A program made the position numbers and the translations under genes. A stretch of 63,086 nucleotides of DNA, filler included, from Octopus bimaculoides (lineage: Eukaryota): the NCBI RefSeq assembly GCF_001194135.2. It is 6 parts of 5 records of this genome, joined end to end, with 100 filler letters (N's around TTAATTAATTAA, not from the genome) between each part and the next. Parts side by side here need not be neighbours in the genome. Positions count along the whole stretch, not along the records: positions 12,855 to 26,318 come from NC_068992.1; positions 26,419 to 35,788 come from NC_068985.1; positions 35,889 to 51,425 come from NC_069003.1; 3 more parts are not named here. One strand, given 5' to 3'. The notes beneath the pieces are model-generated. The model was not told where the DNA came from. It saw only the letters and a program-made list of their open reading frames with translations, and made no database searches. Positions 25,246-38,065 of this stretch are shown in pieces; position 1 is the first letter of the stretch; every line of letters begins with the position of its first letter.

Positions 25246-26444
25246 ACAATCCTGGGATCAAACAGACATGATGGATCATTTAGTAAACAACTTCACTTTT
25301 CTTTGTCTATTATTGAATCTTCTTTTCATTATTAGAAAGACCAAATGCGGTAAAGTACCAGTCAAATACCAGTAAAGTACCCGACAATTCAAACTGTTGA
25401 TCTATCACATCTGTTTTATTTCAGCTTCATGTTAATCTCTCAAGTGCTCCACCTTTCTCTTATCATTGGTAACTTATTTATTCATTCATTTATATTTTTG
25501 TTTGCAAATATAATGAATGAATAAAAGAGAAAAAGTAAGTTCTTTAATCCATTTAGGTTATAAATGTACCATGCTATCATTCAGAAATGTTTAATTCATG
25601 CAGAATTCCTAGAACATGTCAGCTTCACTGAGTCCATCAATCTTCAAAAGTTACACATGGGAGTAGTTTAACTTAGCACTACTGTAAGCTTAGGAAAAAA
25701 ACATTTGGCAATTTTCTAGCGTTCCTCAATTATTTATTAGGAAAGTGAGCCAAGATCATCCACCCTTTTACACCTGTTTACAAATAAGTAGACTGGGTTG
25801 CGTTATTTCATAGCCAAGCGCAGTTTTTGCTGTTATGCACATAGTGCAACACCTGACGAGTGTTGTGCTTGAGTTTTAAAAATTGTTTAAAAAATGATAA
25901 ATTAAGTGCAACACTTTATCCAATTCCTTCCTAGAAAAAGAATCTCTCTGCTACATACAAATGAATATATTTATGTGTATATACGTATGTGTGTATGTGC
26001 ATGTGTATAAATATATATATATATGTCAGTAAATAGTGGGGTTATGTTAACTGCACGTGGAGAAATAATAGGAAAATGAAAAATAAGGCAGAATGCTAAA
26101 TTGGAAGCATGTTTTAATAAAGATTTCTAACCGGCCTTCATTGTGAAGCAAATTTTCAAGAAGGAGAATGAAAATGTTTTTTACAAAGAAGTACAAAATA
26201 AAGAAAATAATATATAAAAAAAAATAACATATAAAAAAAAATAATATATAAAAAAATAACTATACCAATACATTATATTGTCTTTGAGCTTTTGAAGTTC
26301 AATGGTAGTCCATGTATANNNNNNNNNNNNNNNNNNNNNNNNNNNNNNNNNNNNNNNNNNNNTTAATTAATTAANNNNNNNNNNNNNNNNNNNNNNNNNN
26401 NNNNNNNNNNNNNNNNNNTATATATATCTACATATACATATATA

Positions 26445-26627
26445 CGACGGTCTTCTTTCAGTTTCCGTCTACCAAATCCACTCAGAAGCCTTTGGTCGAC
26501 CTGAGGCTATAGTAGAAGACACTTGCCCAGAGCGCCACGCAGTGGGACTCAACCCGGAACCATGTGGTTGGTAAGCAAGCTACTTACCACACAGCCACTC
26601 CTGTGCCTATATATATATTGTTAACAT
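26445..26627 (-). mobile_element. SINE family A, 5' half
   Basis: Close reverse complement of 19609-19770. Confidence 0.88.
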
Positions 26628-27169
26628 ATATCTGTCAAGGAAAATACTAGGGAACCATAGTGGTTCAGCATTTTGGAAGTATCGTTATCCAATGCATTTG
26701 CGAGACCTTTGCATTAATGTTTGGCAGTAAATCTATGTTTGGAGCTCGTATAGCAAGTCAACAAGAGTCTGCAGTGGAACACAAGCGAGGAGCCGCGTTG
26801 AGATCACCAATATTGTAGAGTCGGGAAAGTCGACGGTGGGACCAATAGAAGGACACATTCAGATCGTTCTCCCTCCAGCGGTCGGCGACAATCAGTCAGT
26901 AATCTGCTGGGAGGCGAGTGCAAGGCGTCTATGGTGACAGATGGACGGCAAACGGAGATATTCTCCAGTATTCGTTATATTCCAAATTATATATATATTT
27001 TTTTTCTGAACTCAATGTGATTTGAAATTTACTCACTTTAAGCGGAATTTTCAACCAGTTTCTCAAATGAAAATTGATCGATCAGGAAACGAACATTTAT
27101 TATGGATGTGGAGAATGCTGGAAAATAACTATAAACTCAGACTTTTTCAGTGTCATTAACGATTTTCTA

Positions 27170-27878
27170 GAATTGTTAGCATACCGTCCAAAAGACTTAG
27201 CAGTGTTTCGTATGTCATTCTGAGTTCCAATTCCACCGAGGTAGACTTTGGCTTTCCTACGATCTAGGTCGATAAGGCAATTAACAGTTGAGCGCTGGAG
27301 TTGATGTAATCGACTTAACCCTCCTTAGAACTTCCTGACCCTGTGTCAAAATTTGAAACCACTCTCAATGATTTATCTAACTTATAAAAATTCATCGACT
27401 CTTAAACATGGCCATTATTCAAAATTACTTGTTAGGGACGCTATGTAACTGCGTATCATAATGTCTGATCTTCACATCCATCAAACTAACGCTTCTTCAT
27501 TGTCTCCAGTTTATTTATATCAATCATATTCTTTTCTATTCTAGGCAGAAAGCTCGAAGTTTTGGGATAGAGGACCAGTCGATTTGATCGACCCCGGTAC
27601 CAAAATGGTCGTTAATTTATTTACCCCGAAAGGCTAACGTTTCCTATTTCTTTTATTGCCCACAAGGGACGAAACATAGAGGGGACACACAAGGACAGAC
27701 AAAGGGATTAAGTCAATTAGATTGATCCCAGTGGGTAACTGGTGCTTAATATATCAACTCCGAAAGGCTGAAAGGCAAAGTTGACCTCGGCGGAATTTGA
27801 ACTCAGAACATAACGGCAGACGAAATACCTCTGAGCATTTCGCCCGGCGTGCTAACGTTTCTGCCAGCTCACCGCCTT
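27170..27878. mobile_element. Three SINE family B copies (plus 27170-27365; minus 27535-27640 and 27640-27878)
   Basis: Homology to the family B consensus in both orientations. Confidence 0.82.
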
Positions 27879-28489
27879 ATATGAATCATATTATTTGAAC
27901 CTTCATCACATTATCAATCTGCATATTCTCATTTACAAATCCTTCTTATAGTTATCCTTTATAATGCAGACTTTTCCCTCTGTACCATACCACATTCAAA
28001 TAGTCGCTATAATGTAAATTATTTCGAATATTGACACTAGAGCTGAAATTTCTGGAGAAAGTGTCAGCCGATTTTATCAATCCTATAAAAGGAAAAGATG
28101 ATGTTTTATCGAGCCATGAAGAATGAATAGCAAAGTTAACTTCGGTGGAGGGTGTGAACGCCAATCATAAATAGCCGGAAGAAACAGCACAAATTATTTT
28201 GATCTACTCTTCACTGATTCTAGTAATAATAACAATGTTTTTGTTTTCTAATTTAAACATACGGCAAGTAATTGTTACGAAGAGTGGAGTTAGTCGATGT
28301 TATCCAATATAGCAATAGAAGTCTTATCGTTGTAGATTATTGGATACGGAGTGAAAGGAGAACGCCTGATAACTTGTTGGTAAACAGTGACGAAGGGTTA
28401 TTGCAATATACAGTAAAAGTTATGGCATTAATGCATATGAAATGTTTGGAAGGCAGAGTTGTCTTAGTATAAAAGATGGGCTACAGCAA

Positions 28490-28900
28490 ATATTCTGCTC
28501 AATACCACAGATTTGCTAAGTCAATTGTTTGACCTTAACCAATGGATGACAATATGTGCATCTCTGATCAGGACAGGGTGACGTGGGAGAGTATCACATC
28601 CACGTCTTGAGAGGGATTTAGGATGAATTGAATAATTCACGCCTGGAAACATGGGTGTTCCGTTCATCGACATTAAAAAACCCTTATTCAGAGACCTTTT
28701 TGGGCGGGACGAGTTACTGGGGAGGAAGAAAATTCTAACTGGGTTCCACCTACGAGATCATGCACTGTTTATCATATGAGGTCACTATATGGTTGTGATA
28801 CATGTGCCCGGTGTATCCTTAACAGACGGATACTTATGATAGGCTTATTCGATTCCGTATATTTTTACCCTAGCGTAACCTCGATGAGATAATTATGAAG
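28490..28900. mobile_element. Probable retroposon (LINE-end-like) fragment
   Basis: Non-simple sequence that I recognise only by recollection as a dispersed octopus repeat. There is no second copy in the window. Confidence 0.3.
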
Positions 28901-29380
28901 ATGATGATTTGTAATCTTGACACATTGTTACAATCATTCTAATTCTTTAGCTATCACTGTATTCCCTTCATATCATCCCTTATTATACATTTAATATATA
29001 TTACATTGTCCATAATCTGTAAATTTTCGAGGATGTGCAAACATATAGCATCCTACTATAAAACACATTTTATTCTGGCAAGTATCAGGCCTTGGAGAGT
29101 CAAGTTGACATGCTCACAAATGTGGTTGCGTTAAATTGAGATTAAGAGAGACTTTGCTAGAGATAATTATTATACTTGGGTGTCCTTTAGTTCTTTCTTA
29201 CATCTTACAAAACAGAAAACTACGATCGTGTTAAGCCAGAATTAATGAGGTTATTTACCTTCTGGCGTTTATGGATGCCCGAAAATATTAGCTCCAGAGC
29301 AGAGAAATCATGATTCCCCTCTTCGAATTTTCAATAGAAATAATGGAATGCAGCACGATATTTATAAGCGTGACCAGCTG

Positions 29381-29445
<65 letters not shown>

Positions 29446-29876
29446 TATTGTTGTTTTTGTTATTAAGGTTGCGAAATAAAAAGCTAGAGCACAGACATAC
29501 AGAATATTGCGAAATCACGTTTCTCGAGAAACTGGCAATATGACAACAACAGGAGGTTGACAGAGGGCAATAGAAACATTTGAAAATATTTAATCTGAAA
29601 CAGAATTTGGAGAAGAATATATTACAAGGTTTAGAAAGATATTGGATACACAAAACTTCGTACGTGGAACGTCATTATGAGAAATATCGTGTAGGACATA
29701 AATGTTTCTTCACTGGACGAAAATTCATGAACTACACGAAATTAAAAGATTCCAAATATTTGTTATCAATGCGCAAGTCTTTACTTGCAAAATTTGTAGA
29801 TTTCGTTTAGGAAGAATAATTTTAAACAGTCAGTTACTGAGTGTAATACATAGCATATACATAGAGAATGTTTAAG

Positions 29877-29955
29877 GGGCACTCCGTCGGTTACGACGAC
29901 GAGGGTCCCAGCTGATACGATCAACGGAAAAGCTTGCTCGTGAAATTAACGGTGA
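29877..29955 (-). mobile_element. SINE family C 3' fragment
   Basis: ggcactccgtcggttacgacgacgagggtcccagctgatacgatcaacgg..gctcgtgaaattaacg. Confidence 0.8.
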
Positions 29956-30369
29956 GCGAGTATATTGTTAGGTCTATTGAGGTAATCCACAGTTACTTTG
30001 ATACTTTGGTTTATGGAGTTAGCTACGTGTTGGATGCTCTCTGTTATGCTCCTCTCGGTTTCTACAAACTATCAAGGTGACTATAGATTACCCCACTAGG
30101 CACCCCAACAATAAACTCCCCGACCATGATACTGAAATTTGATTGGAGACTGTAAACAACAGAGTGCAGCTCCTCGACACCTGTAACATGAAACCCATAG
30201 CATCTAGATACGTTCTTCGCAAGAACTCAGCTTTGTCACACAATACGAAAATCAGCATTGTGATGGCAGACTTAGGATAAGGAATAGCGGTTTTCTCTTA
30301 TGCGAACTCTGTGGAAAAAGGAAACATGTACAGAACTTCAATTCTAATGTATATTTTTCTATCTAGTTT

Positions 30370-31266
30370 TGGCCCAAAGCCAGATATTTTGATGTAGGAG
30401 TAAGTCAAGTGAACCTGTTACTTATTTTATCGACCCCTAAAGAATGAAAGATGTGGTCGAACTCTATGGCATTTGAACTCAGAACGTAAAGAGCCAGGTG
30501 AAGTACCACTTACCATTTTTAAAGCTCTGTGGTGATTTGATTACATCGACACCTTAATTTTAATGTATTTTGATATGAGATAATTTTTGTTTTCTACTCT
30601 AGGCAGAAGGCCCGAAATTTTGGTGGAGGGGACAGTCAATTAGATCGAGCCCAGTACGCAACTGGTACCCCGAAAGGATGAAAGGCAAAGTCGACCTCGG
30701 CGGAATTTGAACTCAGAACGTAAAAACAAACGAAATACTGCGAAGCATTTCGCCCGGCTTGCTTAACGTCTCTGCCAGCTCGCCACCTTTGATATGAAAC
30801 AATCTGAGACAAAAATGGAGACAATTGATGGAACCCTAACGATATACCAATGGCTAGGAGAAAATAACGAACACGTTACTAAGAACTGCAACCCTGCCGT
30901 CTAAATTTTTGTATTAGATATATAGTCAACTATTCAGATATATAGTTAACTAAAACTTCTTTCCGTTATATTTGTAATGGATTACATGGGAAGAGTTTGA
31001 ACGTAAAAGAATATTAGACATTATAAATACAAATAGAAAATGAAGACGGGAAGGGGACAAGGCTACTCTGAACAAATTGTTAAGGTTGGCAGAATCGTTG
31101 TCCGTCTAAATGCTTAGAGGCATTTCGTCTGTCAAATTCTGCCGAGGCCGACTTACATTTCATCCTTTCGGGATCGATCAAATAAGTACTAGTTGAGTAC
31201 TGGGGTCGATGTAATCGATTTCCAACTCCCTCAAATCTGCTGCCCTAGTAACAAAATTTGAAACCA
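30370..31266. mobile_element. Three SINE family B copies (minus 30370-30510 and 30585-30789; plus 31085-31266)
   Basis: For example ccccgaaaggatgaaaggcaaagtcgacctcggcggaatttgaactcagaacgtaa at 30669-30722. Confidence 0.85.
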
Positions 31267-31884
31267 GTATAAGTCTCTATATATTGTAAAATAAAAGTGA
31301 TACCAACTATACATTGACTGTAAGCAAAAAACTGGAAGAAAACCTTTTAAAAGTTTAGTTCCTCAGATAAATGTATGTATGCGTGTATACGCACACATGT
31401 ATGTATGTATGTATGTATGTATGTATGTATGTATGTATGCATGTATGTATGTATGTGTATTTGTTTGTGTGTGTTTGTGTAAATGTGTGTGTAGATATAT
31501 CCTAAGTGAATAAGAGAAGTAAAGTTAGAAATATGAAGCAAAATAAAAACTGCGTCATGATTTTGGGAACTTAATCAATTAGAAACGCAAACACTTTTAG
31601 AGCCAAACAAACAGACTCCGTCAAGATAGTTACTGTCGGATAATTGGCAGAAGAGAAACTGAAAATTGTTCAATGAATGAAGAGAAGATGGTACACAATT
31701 ATAATGCACGCAGAGGATGATAAAAGAATAGGAGTTAGGTATTCTTCTTCGTTAGCTTACCGCTGTTTCCGCTATTAGAAATATTGCATTCAAAACTAAG
31801 TGCTTGAGCAATAAGAATTGCCTTCATCGGAGTCCTTATAATGAAGCGTGTATAAATCTCTGGAAGCGAAGCATCATATAATAT

Positions 31885-33240
31885 AACTCTTTAACTAATT
31901 TCAGCTTAGGGCCTGCAACTATTCTGGGGCGCAGTTGTTGGCTTTTCTATTACATCTCTGCTACATGAAGCATCCTCTGGTATGTGGCATTTGCTGACTG
32001 GAGGGTTTCGAATTTGCTACCCTTATCTGCATTTCCTGCTCTGAGATAAGCTCCTCCGGAATCTTTGACAGAAGATCCAGTTTTATTTCGAAGATAATTA
32101 CATCTACACCATGCAGTTCTCTCAGGGATTTTGGAAGGATTCTGAACAGCTCTAGGCACTTGAGACCCAAGCTGTTGCAGTATTTTGTCCTGTATTTTGA
32201 TGGCGATGTTATGGTCCTTGGCATTATATGATGACGCCCATTCTACTGTTTGTGTAAAATTTCAATGCCAGAGTTTGGTACAAGTCCTTCTAAGATATTC
32301 CAGATATTTATCACTGCATATCTTTCTGGCATTCGTTCTGTAGATTAGAGCCTGTACCCCTTCAGCCTTTTCCAGTAGCTGACCATTGCACAGAGACGAT
32401 CGTTTTGTGCGGGTTTGCTAGATTGTTCAACCATTAATTTTATAGTGTGTGGTGACCATAGTTAGGAGAAGTAGCCTTAGCAGTTGTGGACATATGTCCT
32501 CCAGAGCATCATCATCCTTTTCTGTTATCTCGTTCTGAAAGTTCAAAGGATCCCTCTCGCCATCTGTCCGCATTTCAATGGCAACCTATATACATCAATC
32601 ATTATCCACGTCACTGCCCAGGTTACGCTAGTGTATGCTCTCTGCCCTGTGTGCTGGTAGTGCAGAGCGTGGAAAATTCCAACCTTAAGCTACTTGTTAT
32701 TGCCCTCAGCCCATCTATATCTTGCGTTCAATCCCCGTTGCAGGTGCGCAATGTTTACAGTGTTCTGTATTCTCTGAAAGATTTTTGTATCATCTACACA
32801 GCTAGCAAGGGCGACTACATGAGCAACTGTAAGCATATCTCAGAGGGACACAATGAATAGCAGCGCCCCTTAGACCGTATGCTGTGGAACACTACTTATT
32901 TTTGTGCTTCCTTAGAGGTTGTTTCATTGTAGAAATCGTATACCCACGTTCTAGTTTTTGTGACAATGCCGAGCTCAAGTATCTTGTGATATATCATACC
33001 ACAATCAACTTTAGCAAAGTCATTTGAAAAGACAAGATATCTCACATCCACAATCGAGTTGTTGAGCAGGTGCTTTAAAACCTAGTCGTCGTGTTGTAAG
33101 AACTGAGTCAGGCAGCTTCTATCTGGTAGAAAACTGTGCTGGGTGTCAGTCAGCAAATCATTCTCTTCAAGAAACGCAATTATTTTCCTGCATACTATTC
33201 ATTCCATGACATTGCGAATGTCCGAGGTTAGAAATATACG
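31885..33240 (-). mobile_element. 5'-truncated CR1/Jockey-group LINE (degenerate RT domain to 3' UTR)
   Basis: Minus translation RIFLTSDIRNVME..QHSFLPDRSCLTQFLQH..DVRYLVFSNDFAKVDCG matches the non-LTR RT pattern RPISLTS..QHGF..RSCLTQ..DVIYLDF.KAFD.V.H. C-terminal YRTKYCNSLGLKCLELFRILPKSLRELHG..KLD. Many stops. Confidence 0.88.
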
Positions 33241-33249
33241 CCTATAGAT

Positions 33250-33318
<69 letters not shown>

Positions 33319-34494
33319 ATATTTATGTATGTACGTATATTTATACGTGTATGTATATGTGGTGTGTGTGTATATATGTATATGTATTTCCGTATGTATA
33401 TGCGGTGACTGTATATGTACAAATACAGACACATTCATACATACATACATATATACATCCATCCATCCATCCATCTATACATATATACATACATATATAC
33501 GCGGGGCGCAAGAATGAGTTTTGAAATTAATGTAGACAAATAAATAGTAATATCGAAAAGTAGAATCTGTTATTGAAAAAAACTACAGCAAGTTCTTGTA
33601 AGATTTCTTTCTCTTAATTATCTAAATTATTCAATATCATATTGGACATAATAAAATTGGACATACAAATGTAAAGCTTCTCGGACACTCCAATAAAATG
33701 TCAATAACCGTTGATATTGAAACTTTGGTAAAAACATTATAAGTATGTCGTATATTTTCATGTACTTTCCATGGATTCTCATTGTTCTCAGGGCAGAGCT
33801 AACGTCCCTTGGAAACGTAGAATGTAACAGAAAATTACAAGGTAATGATCTCGGCGTAACTCTCAGAACCAGAGGGTTCTATGCAATGGCGAAAGCTGCT
33901 GAAAAGTGTCCTAAGAGAATCTCTTTAAGGAGGAATGGAAATGAAGTTTGGAAGACAATTTTACCCTACAGTCAACTGTCATCCTAGATTAAACTTGTTA
34001 CAACACTCAAGGTAAACTTGTATTTGGGACACCTAAATACCTCAGGATGTTTGCAATGCAGAGACTAGTACAGAATGTAGGAACAAAAGGAGTACCCAGG
34101 AATCGAGACCTGAATGCAGCGCAGCTCTCTTAGGGGGCAACGAGTTAAGTACGTGAACTTGGGTGTTTCTTTTCTGAAAACCTGTTCAACTCTCCATAAA
34201 TTTTCTTACTTCTCCTGCGTTCCTGCTGCTTCACCATTTCCAAATGTGTGAAATTATTTATAAGGAAGCAAAAATTAGAACATCAATTTATAATAACAAT
34301 GAAAATGTGCGCGAGAAGAAAAAGCATAGGAACGTCAACCCAAGAATCCTGTTTCTGTTACATAGAATAAGCTGTTAATATTAGTGTGAAGCAAGACGTA
34401 AAAGTTATTGATGTACAGTCTTGAATGTATCAGTAAGAAACCGGTGTCAGTTAACTGGCAAGTTGTAACTTAAATACCTGAAGGACATGTTTAA

Positions 34495-34715
34495 CCCTTT
34501 TGTTACCACATTTCTGCTGAGATACTCCGGATTTCTTTCAATTAATTTTAAATATAAAAACAAATATAGTAAAATAATTTAGTCTCATTAAGTTAGTGTT
34601 AGTAATATAAATTGTGACTAAGGTTTGGTGGAAGATTTTAATTCAAAACTTTTGAAAACGAGACATTTGTACTACAAAACCAGAAGTGGTTTCAGGCAGG
34701 TTGGTATCAAAAGGG
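34495..34715. mobile_element. piggyBac-like MITE, 221 bp, TTAA target-site duplication
   Basis: TTAA (34491-34494) + CCCTTTTGTTACC ... GGTATCAAAAGGG + TTAA (34716-34719): a 13-bp TIR with 1 mismatch and a piggyBac-type CCC terminus. Confidence 0.9.
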
Positions 34716-34873
34716 TTAAGATTGGCTTAACATTTAGGCACAAGGCCAGGAATTCCGGGGGAAGGATTCTGTCGATTACATCAACTGGCTTGATATCAGA
34801 AAACAATAAAAAAAATTGTCAAATAAGTTTAAGCAAAGCGTCGGAGAATAGATAAAATATTGCAGGACAATAC

Positions 34874-34904
<31 letters not shown>

Positions 34905-35671
34905 NNNNNNNNNNNNNNNNNNNNNNNNNNNNNNNNNNNNNNNNNNNNNNNNNNNNNNNNNNNNNNNNNNNNNNNNNNNNNNNNNNNNNNNNNNNNNNNN
35001 NNNNNNNNNNNNNNNNNNNNNNNNNNNNNNNNNNNNNNNNNNNNNNNNNNNNNNNNNNNNNNNNNNNNNNNNNNNNNNNNNNNNNNNNNNNNNNNNNNNN
35101 NNNNNNNNATATATTTACCTAATCCTCACGATCAGGTGTCTAGAAATGAAAATGTGAAATGGTATTATAAAGTATCTGGAGTCTTAAGTGTTGCTTGATA
35201 AATACATGAACATTGAGTTTGACAGTCTTGGTTCTTGTGCATCGTGAATTCCATAATCTACATGGAAGAAGAAAGATTACATATATTGATGTTTTGAATC
35301 TTGTATGCGAATATACATAGCTGATAGAAGGTTGTAGGGGAATGGAAGAAAGCGCAGTTTCATCTATATATGGGCTTTCAGATAAAATTACCGAGGAGAA
35401 CAAGGATAGAAAGGGAGAATATAGAAACAGCTATTCCTTGAATTGTGTCTATCAGTTGGAGGGTATAATTACAGATTGAGCCAATTAAGATAGTTTATTT
35501 GGGAAGATAACAGATTGCAATCAATATCTACGAGCAAACTAATTACAAAACGACTCACCTGACATTGAACAGGAAACAGCAATTAATCCAGTCTAATATA
35601 TTCGATAATCTTGGCACACTGCAAATATGTCGTAAATTTATGACCCTTTGCACAGCACTATATATCAACAT

Positions 35672-35750
<79 letters not shown>

Positions 35751-36183
35751 TGTATATGTGTAGCATACATATATATCAACAAATATATNNNNNNNNNNNN
35801 NNNNNNNNNNNNNNNNNNNNNNNNNNNNNNNNTTAATTAATTAANNNNNNNNNNNNNNNNNNNNNNNNNNNNNNNNNNNNNNNNNNNNAAAAAAAAAAAA
35901 AAAAAAAAGATTTCTATTTACATCAGGAAAAAATAAATGACTTCTAAAATACTATTAACAATAATAATAATAATAATAATAATAATGATGACGATGCTGT
36001 TAATAAACTGTAAAATTAACAGAGGCATATTTTGGATTTCTGCTAAACAATACAAACTATTCTCAGTAACATGAACCATGAAAAGAATTGCACCAACAAT
36101 GATCCAAGGAAGAAATTTCTATATGGCTTGACCTGGTTGAAACAATAATTGCTAAGTCCACCTCAAGACACACCCCACCATTG

Positions 36184-37055
36184 TTAATCCTTTTGATATG
36201 ATATTTGTGTTGAAATGTCGTTAGGAGCATAAATTAACGTGAGATTTTTATGGAAGGTTTTGCTGTAGATCACTTTAACCGTTTATCATTGAAACTGACC
36301 ATATCTGGCTAAAATATTTTACCTGTTTTGTGTGTAAGTCAGCTGGATTCAGCCTCTCACACCTACCCTACAATGTCATTCTATAATTAAGCAATCACAT
36401 CATCATCATCATCATTTAACGTCCGCTTTCCATGCTAGCATGGGTTGGACGATTTGACTGGGGACTGGTGAACCGGATGGTTACACTATACTCCAATCTG
36501 ATTTGGCAGAGTTTCTACAGCTGGATGTCCTTCCTAATGCCAACTCCTCCGAGAGTGTAGTGTGTTCTTTTTACGTGCCACCGGTATGAGGGCCAGTCCG
36601 GCGGTACTGGCAACGGCCACACTCAAATGGTGTTTTTTTACATGCCACCTGCACAGGAGTCAGTCCAATGTTTTGTTCACATGCCACCAGCACAAGTGCC
36701 AGTAAGGCGAAGCTGGAAACGATCGCGGTCAAATGGTGCTTTTTACGTGCCACCGGCTCGGGAGTGAGACTGCTGCTCTGTCAGTGATCCCACTCAGATG
36801 GTGCTGTTAGCGCTCCACTGGCACGTGTGCCAAACTACAAGATAATGCATGATTAATACAAAACTATATAAATGAACAAGCATTTCATTTGAGAGAATGG
36901 TTTGAATGCTAAAGTGTGAAGCCAGCCACATCTCACCTCTCACACCTACCCTACAATGTCATTCTAAAACTAAACAGTCGCATTATCAAAATCTCTAAAC
37001 TACAAGATAATGCGTGATTAATTCAAATTATATAAATGAACAAGCATTTCATTGG
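36184..37055. mobile_element. Degenerate piggyBac-like MITE, interrupted by an RTE insertion, with partial tandem duplication
   Basis: Starts ttaatccttttgata and has a degenerate right end tgaatgctaaagtgtgaa at ~36901-36918. The block ctctcacacctaccctacaatgtcattcta occurs at ~36353 and ~36937, and aaactacaagataatgc..aaatgaacaagcatttcatt at ~36832 and ~36997. Confidence 0.55.
36397..36830 (-). mobile_element. RTE-like LINE 3' UTR copy with (GAT)n tail
   Basis: catcatcatcatttaacgtccgctttccatgctagcatgggttggac...ggatgtccttcctaatgccaac is homologous to 40540-40680, with internal tttacgtgccacc repeats. Confidence 0.75.
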
Positions 37056-37060
37056 ACCGA

Positions 37061-37092
<32 letters not shown>

Positions 37093-37893
37093 CACCACCA
37101 CCACTCCTACTACCACCATCACCACCATTACTACTACTACAATAACAACAAGTACAGTTAACATTTGGCTGTGTGTGTATCATGTTCTATTTTAACCACT
37201 GCAAAACAAACGACATATTTTGTTAAAGAACGTCGTCTTTGGAAATATATTCTTTGCTGAAAGAAACCCGAGACAGCGGATGGGTGGGATGGTGTTGTTG
37301 GTAGCTGTAAGGGTGGGTGGAAGGCAATCTCCTCCTCGTTCCCCTGGTGGGGTGGGGGAAATTTACATTAATTTAAAAAACTTTAAACAAAAATTTAAAA
37401 AAGAAAATAATAACTGGTTTCTGATTTATTACTTAACTCACATGGCAATATTTGGACGGGGACGCACAGACAGACATGTATGGAAAATCAGTTGCAATTG
37501 ACCCAGTTACGTTGCTGGTTCGCAACATAACAACAAGGCAACCTCCTTTTGATTTGCTAGAATTAGCAGCCAAATGACCAGGCAGGAGAGCTTTTATGTG
37601 ATTCTGCATCTTGTGGCAAACAGAAGTGTAATGAACCCATGAGGGGCTGTTCTTGTCTGGCCATGACTGCATGGGCAACTGAAGCAATTAGTGAAAAAAG
37701 CACTGCATGGAACTAAGTCATAAGTCTCTTGCAAGTGATGTGAAGCTCTGTGTGGTGTGTGTGGTGTTAATAAAAAGGCAGAAAACATGTGGTAACTTAT
37801 GCTTTGTTAAACACATACTTGTTTTGGCAAATTCCTGCCAGGATTACATAATGACTTGTTGAAGCACTTCTTCACTGTTAAGCGTAAAAGGCC

Positions 37894-37945
<52 letters not shown>

Positions 37946-38065
37946 AATATGTCTTTCTTTGTATTTGTACAGGTGCGTCTGTTTGTCTATGCGCTTTGCT
38001 CATCATCATCATTTGACATCCATCTTCCACGCATCCATATTCCATTTATATATATAAATACACAA

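Noticed and set aside
29519-29532. 14-bp palindrome gtttctcgagaaac (TTC-N4-GAA, STAT-like)
   Set aside because: An isolated short palindrome, plausible by chance in 63 kb, with no supporting context.
35553-35561. Perfect minus-strand splice donor CAG/GTGAGT
   Set aside because: The upstream candidate exon gives only a short unrecognisable peptide and weak acceptors; a single 9-mer is expected by chance.
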